From the NCBI GenBank assembly GCA_038245655.1, contig JBBRSE010000018.1:743-64742 (forward strand): a stretch of DNA of 64,000 nucleotides, in the 5' to 3' direction. The notes beneath the pieces were generated by a model. It saw only the letters and a list, made by a program, of their open reading frames with translations, did not search any database and was not told where the DNA came from. This stretch comes from Mycobacteriales bacterium (GTDB lineage Bacteria; Actinomycetota; Actinomycetes; Frankiales; Frankiaceae). Position numbers and translations under genes: made by a program. Shown here piece after piece: positions 60,330 to 64,000 of the stretch; position 1 is the stretch's first letter, and every line of letters starts with the position of its first letter.

Positions 60330-61781
60330 ATGGCACGGATCGTCGTGGTCGGCGCCGGGATGGGCGGCCTTTGCGCTGCCGCCCGGCTCCACGCGCAGGG
60401 TCATCAGGTCATCGTCTGCGAACAGGCGGCAGGGATTGGCGGGAAGCTCGGGACGTACGTCAGGGATGGCTATCGCTTCGACACCGGCCCGTCGCTGCTC
60501 ACCTGGCCCGGTGTCTTCGCCGAGCTCTTTGCGCAGACCGGAGATCCGCTCGATGCGACCCTCGATCTCGAGCGCGTCGACCCCCATTGCCACTACCGGT
60601 TCGCCGACGGTTGCACCCTCGACATCCCGGAGAGCCGCGCCGAGCTCACCGCCGAGCTGACCCGCGCACTCGGAGCCGATGCCGCGGCGGACTGGGAACG
60701 GTTGCTGCTGCGCGCACAACGCATGTGGGACGTCGCCCGCGGGCCTTTCTTGGAAGCGGCCGGACCGCCCGCGCTGCTCCCGCTCGCCCGCCGGCAGCCT
60801 CCGCAGCTACCGGTGATCGCTCCGGGACGTTCGCTGCGATGGCTCGCCCGCCGCCTGCTCCGCGACCCTCGCCTGCGCACGATGCTGGAGCGCTACGCGA
60901 CCTACGCCGGGTCAGATCCGCGCCGCGCTCCGGCAGCCCTCGCGACCACCGCCTACGTCGAGCAGGCGTACGGATGCTGGTACGTCCGGGGCGGCCTGTA
61001 TCAGCTGGCCACCGCCCTGGCCGATCGGCTGCCGCCACGAGCACTCCGGCTACAGACGCCGGTCAGCGCGATCACCCTTTCAGCCGGGCGGGTGAGCGGG
61101 GTGCGGCTGGACAACGGGCAGGAACTGGCGGCCGACGCCGTCGTCACCGACGTCGATGCCGGCCAGCTCTACGGCGACCTGCTGCCACGGGCCCGGCTGC
61201 TGCCGCGCGGCGAGCCATCGTCGGCCGGTTTCGTCCTGCTGCTGGGCCTGCGCAGCGCGCCCCCCGGTCTGGGACATCACACCGTGCTCTTCCCACCGCT
61301 GGAGAACGACGGCTACGGCACCGAGTTCGAGGCCATTTTTGGCGGGCGGGTGGCGCCGGACCCGACCATCTACGTGAGCGCCCCCGCCGACCCGACCCTC
61401 GCGCCGCCCGGTGCTCGGACCATATTCGTGCTGGTCAACGCGCCGCGGCAGGGGACGTTCGACTGGGAGGCGCCCGGGGTTTCGGCGAGCTACACGGCCA
61501 AGGTGTTGGACGCGATGGCCGCGCGCGGGATCGACCTGCGCGAGAAGTTGGTGTTCTGCGAATCGCGTACGCCCGCTGATCTGGAACGCACGACGGCCGC
61601 GCCGGGCGGCGCCATCTACGGCAACGCCAGCCACGGATCACGAGCCGCGTTCAAAAGGGCGGCCAACCGCTCGCCAGTGCCTGGACTTTTCCTGACCGGC
61701 GGCAGCGCTCACCCGGGCGGCGGCTTGCCACTGGTCGCGCTCTCCGCCCGGGCTGTCGCAGGGCTGATCGGGCCGGCCTGA
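60330..61781 (+). CDS. Phytoene-desaturase-family (CrtD/CrtI-like) FAD oxidoreductase
   Basis: Motifs VVVGAGMGGLCAAARLHAQG and C-terminal LFLTGGSAHPGGGLP. Confidence 0.85.
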   Translation: MARIVVVGAGMGGLCAAARLHAQGHQVIVCEQAAGIGGKLGTYVRDGYRFDTGPSLLTWPGVFAELFAQTGDPLDATLDLERVDPHCHYRFADGCTLDIPESRAELTAELTRALGADAAADWERLLLRAQRMWDVARGPFLEAAGPPALLPLARRQPPQLPVIAPGRSLRWLARRLLRDPRLRTMLERYATYAGSDPRRAPAALATTAYVEQAYGCWYVRGGLYQLATALADRLPPRALRLQTPVSAITLSAGRVSGVRLDNGQELAADAVVTDVDAGQLYGDLLPRARLLPRGEPSSAGFVLLLGLRSAPPGLGHHTVLFPPLENDGYGTEFEAIFGGRVAPDPTIYVSAPADPTLAPPGARTIFVLVNAPRQGTFDWEAPGVSASYTAKVLDAMAARGIDLREKLVFCESRTPADLERTTAAPGGAIYGNASHGSRAAFKRAANRSPVPGLFLTGGSAHPGGGLPLVALSARAVAGLIGPA

Positions 61782-62443
61782 GGCGCGTTCAGGCGGCGAA
61801 ACGCCTGCCGCAGGAACTGCCCGGTGCCCGCACCCGCCAGCGCCCCGATCACGAGGGCTGCCGCCGAGGCTGATTCGCGGGATCTGCCCGGGAGCAGGCC
61901 AGCCGCTGCGAGACCGCAGGCGGTGACCGCTAGGCGCATCGGCCGCTCCCCCACGGTCACGATCCCGATCTCGCCGAAGCCCGCATTGCCGGCGCGGGCC
62001 CGGCCGTACTCCAAGCCGGCGGTGCCCAGTGCGGCCAGCTGGATCACCCGTTCCGACGCCCCGGTGAGCCGCAGCGAGAGCAGAAACGCCGCGTCAGCCA
62101 CCCGATCGGCCATCGAATCGAGCAGGTAGCCCGCGGGGGTATCGCGCCCGGACAGGACCGCCACCGCCCCGTCGAGCCCGTCGCTGACACCGGAGCCCAC
62201 CACTGCCGTAGCCGCCGCGAGTCGCCAACGTCCGCCGGCGAGCGCGGCGGGGACGGCCGCGGCCGCAATACCCACACCCGCTCCGGTCAGGGCGCCGGGC
62301 GAGATTCCACGACCTGCCAGCGGGCGGGCCAGGCCCTCCACCAGCGACAGCCAGCGCGCCGCAACGCCGCTCTCGCCCAGGTCGTAGCCGCCGTGTAGAT
62401 CCGACCACCGCTCGCGAAATGCCGCCCGGTCCAGCAGCGTCAC
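61709..62443 (-). CDS. CDP-alcohol phosphatidyltransferase family protein
   Basis: Signature DGLDGAVAVLSGRDTPAGYLLDSMADRVAD (DG-x2-A-x9-G-x3-D-x3-D), multi-TM. The 3' end overlaps the convergent gene by 73 nt. Confidence 0.8.
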   Translation of the reverse strand: MTLLDRAAFRERWSDLHGGYDLGESGVAARWLSLVEGLARPLAGRGISPGALTGAGVGIAAAAVPAALAGGRWRLAAATAVVGSGVSDGLDGAVAVLSGRDTPAGYLLDSMADRVADAAFLLSLRLTGASERVIQLAALGTAGLEYGRARAGNAGFGEIGIVTVGERPMRLAVTACGLAAAGLLPGRSRESASAAALVIGALAGAGTGQFLRQAFRRLNAPQAGPISPATARAESATSGKPPPG

Positions 62444-62451
62444 CGGGCGGG

Positions 62452-62988
62452 TCAGGCGACGGACGTGCCCTCCCGGGTCAGCTCGCGCAGCCGGGCCTCC
62501 GCAGCGTGAGCGAGCAGCCTGACGGTCAACGCGCGCACCATCCAGCGCAGGGGCAACGCGGGCATCGCCAGCGGGCCGTGCAGCGTGAAGCGCACCGTCA
62601 GTAGCGATCCGCCGGTAGCGGCTGGAATCACCAGGTACTCGAATTCCTCCGCCAGGCCGGGCAGCAGCCGGGACGTGACGGCGAGCGACGACCGGTTGAC
62701 GACATGGTCCACTTCCATCGCCACCCGAACCGGGACCACCCGCATCCGCGCCTGCAACTGCTGGCCTACCGCGACGACCGCAGAATCATCAAGGTCCCCG
62801 GTATCGGAGTCGGGGGCGGCAAACTCCACCACCTCGACAAAGGGATCGAATTCGGCCCAGCGTCCCGGATGCGCCAGCATGTCCCAAACGTCGGAAACGG
62901 GAGCGGCACTGCGCGCCCGGGCGCCACCGGACGCCCGCAGCACGCGCCTGATCGGCCGGGAGATCGGCCGGATTGCCTGCGAGAGCAT
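62452..62988 (-). CDS. SRPBCC (START/cyclase-dehydrase-like) family protein
   Basis: 178-aa ORF 8 nt upstream of the phosphatidyltransferase gene. The pattern W..L.....W..F.P is typical of the fold. Assignment is tentative. Confidence 0.55.
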   Translation of the reverse strand: MLSQAIRPISRPIRRVLRASGGARARSAAPVSDVWDMLAHPGRWAEFDPFVEVVEFAAPDSDTGDLDDSAVVAVGQQLQARMRVVPVRVAMEVDHVVNRSSLAVTSRLLPGLAEEFEYLVIPAATGGSLLTVRFTLHGPLAMPALPLRWMVRALTVRLLAHAAEARLRELTREGTSVA

Positions 62989-63017
62989 CTGTTCATCCTG
63001 CCCCGTATGGTCGCGCC

Positions 63018-63263
63018 GTGAGCGAACCCGCGCCGTACGTCGTCGAGACCGCCCAAGATTTCGCTCCCGACACGCTGTTTGTGGCGGGACGTGAGCAGGT
63101 GGTGGTGGCCGTGCGCATCACCCCCGTTTACGGGCAGGTTGATCTCACGCTCGTCGCGCGGGTCGTCGATGGCGCGAACGAACTCGGTTTCGCGCTAGCC
63201 CGCGAGCTGCCGTTTCGGGATGAGTGGCTGATCTGCGTCTTCGAAGCGTTCGACGAGGACTAG
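63018..63263 (+). CDS. Small acidic hypothetical protein, possibly leaderless
   Basis: GTG at 63018 lies 6 nt after TATGGT (63006-63011). 81 aa. Confidence 0.4.
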   Translation: MSEPAPYVVETAQDFAPDTLFVAGREQVVVAVRITPVYGQVDLTLVARVVDGANELGFALARELPFRDEWLICVFEAFDED

Positions 63264-63288
63264 GGACGTACCGGCGGCCCGCCCCTGC

Positions 63289-64000
63289 TTACCGCTTGGC
63301 GGCGCGGGCACCCCGGGTGAGATGGCCGAGGCTCTCGAAGATCTCCAGCGAAGCCGTCGAGCGGTTCATCGTGTAGAAGTGCAGTCCCGGCGCACCGCCC
63401 GCCAGCAGCCGGGTGGCCAACTCAGAAGCCACCTCGACGCCGATGGCGCGTACCGCCGCCGCATCGTCGCCGGCCGCATAGAGCCGACGCTCCAGCTGGG
63501 GTGGGAAGACCGCCCCCGACATCTCGGCCATCCGCTGCACGGACGACAGCTGGGTGACCGGCATGATCCCGGGCAGGATCGGGACATCGCAGCCGAGCTG
63601 AGCCACCCGATCCCGTAGCCGGAAGTACGCGTCAGCCGAGAATAAGAACTGGGTGATCGCGAAATCCGCTCCGGCGTCGCATTTCTCGACCAATCGCCGC
63701 GCATCCGCTTCGAGGTCGGCCGCACCGGGGTGCTTATCGGGGAACGCGGCCACGCCGACGCTGAAATCGCCGAGCGACCGGACCAGGCTGACCAGCTCGC
63801 TGGCATAGGTCAGGCCATCCGGGTGCGCCTCCCAGGGCGCGCTCGGACCGCCCGGCGGATCGCCCCGCAGCGCCAGGATGTTGCGAATTCCGGCCCCCGC
63901 GTAATCCCCGACGACGCGTCGCAATTGCGCGATGCTGTGGCCCACCGCGGTGAGGTGAGCGACCGGCGTGAGCGTCGTTTGCGTGGCGATGCGTTCGGTG
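63289..64000 (-). CDS. metF: Methylenetetrahydrofolate reductase (5' end outside the window)
   Basis: The reading frame stays open to the window edge (...TPVAHLTAVGHS...). Motifs NILALRGDPP and HFYTMN. Confidence 0.85.
   Translation of the reverse strand, partial: TERIATQTTLTPVAHLTAVGHSIAQLRRVVGDYAGAGIRNILALRGDPPGGPSAPWEAHPDGLTYASELVSLVRSLGDFSVGVAAFPDKHPGAADLEADARRLVEKCDAGADFAITQFLFSADAYFRLRDRVAQLGCDVPILPGIMPVTQLSSVQRMAEMSGAVFPPQLERRLYAAGDDAAAVRAIGVEVASELATRLLAGGAPGLHFYTMNRSTASLEIFESLGHLTRGARAAKR

Overview
High-GC (roughly 70%) actinobacterial chromosome segment, almost entirely core genes. I saw no rRNA, tRNA, CRISPR array, transposase or integrase. Gene order, left to right: (1) minus-strand run of replicative dnaE, an unknown gene, an ABC-2 exporter and a membrane protein; (2) a guaB1-like gene; (3) an lspA-agmatinase-rluD-GNAT operon; (4) ileS behind a T-box leader with an Ile AUC specifier and an SD-sequestering helix; (5) a full division/cell-wall (dcw) cluster on the minus strand: mraZ-rsmH-ftsL-ftsI-murE-murF-mraY-murD-ftsW-murG-murC-(no ftsQ)-ftsZ-pgeF-yggS-sepF-yggT-divIVA, joined by many 4-nt start/stop overlaps, with phased GTGGG repeats (candidate MraZ operator) upstream of mraZ; (6) a bPH_2 membrane-protein pair; (7) a MoxR/DUF58/transglutaminase operon; (8) a DUF3040 gene; (9) a LexA-box-controlled minus-strand cassette: DUF6504-like, HEPN, dnaE2, methyltransferase, dinB; (10) sulfite reductase, a Zn-ribbon microprotein, cysH and cbiX; (11) a six-gene translationally coupled carotenoid-type tailoring operon; (12) CDP-alcohol phosphatidyltransferase, an SRPBCC gene, and metF cut by the window end. 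Best candidate for an undescribed system: the SOS-regulated dnaE2 cassette, where the usual imuA/imuB slots hold a stand-alone ImuB-C-terminus-like protein and an Rx4H HEPN protein. Other notable points: ftsQ is missing between murC and ftsZ; a membrane protein next to divIVA carries two H-C-C-C modules; a perfect 15-bp inverted repeat lies between lspA and ileS; murD has a probable CTG start. All calls come from reading the sequence and the ORF track. Family names are recollections, not database hits.
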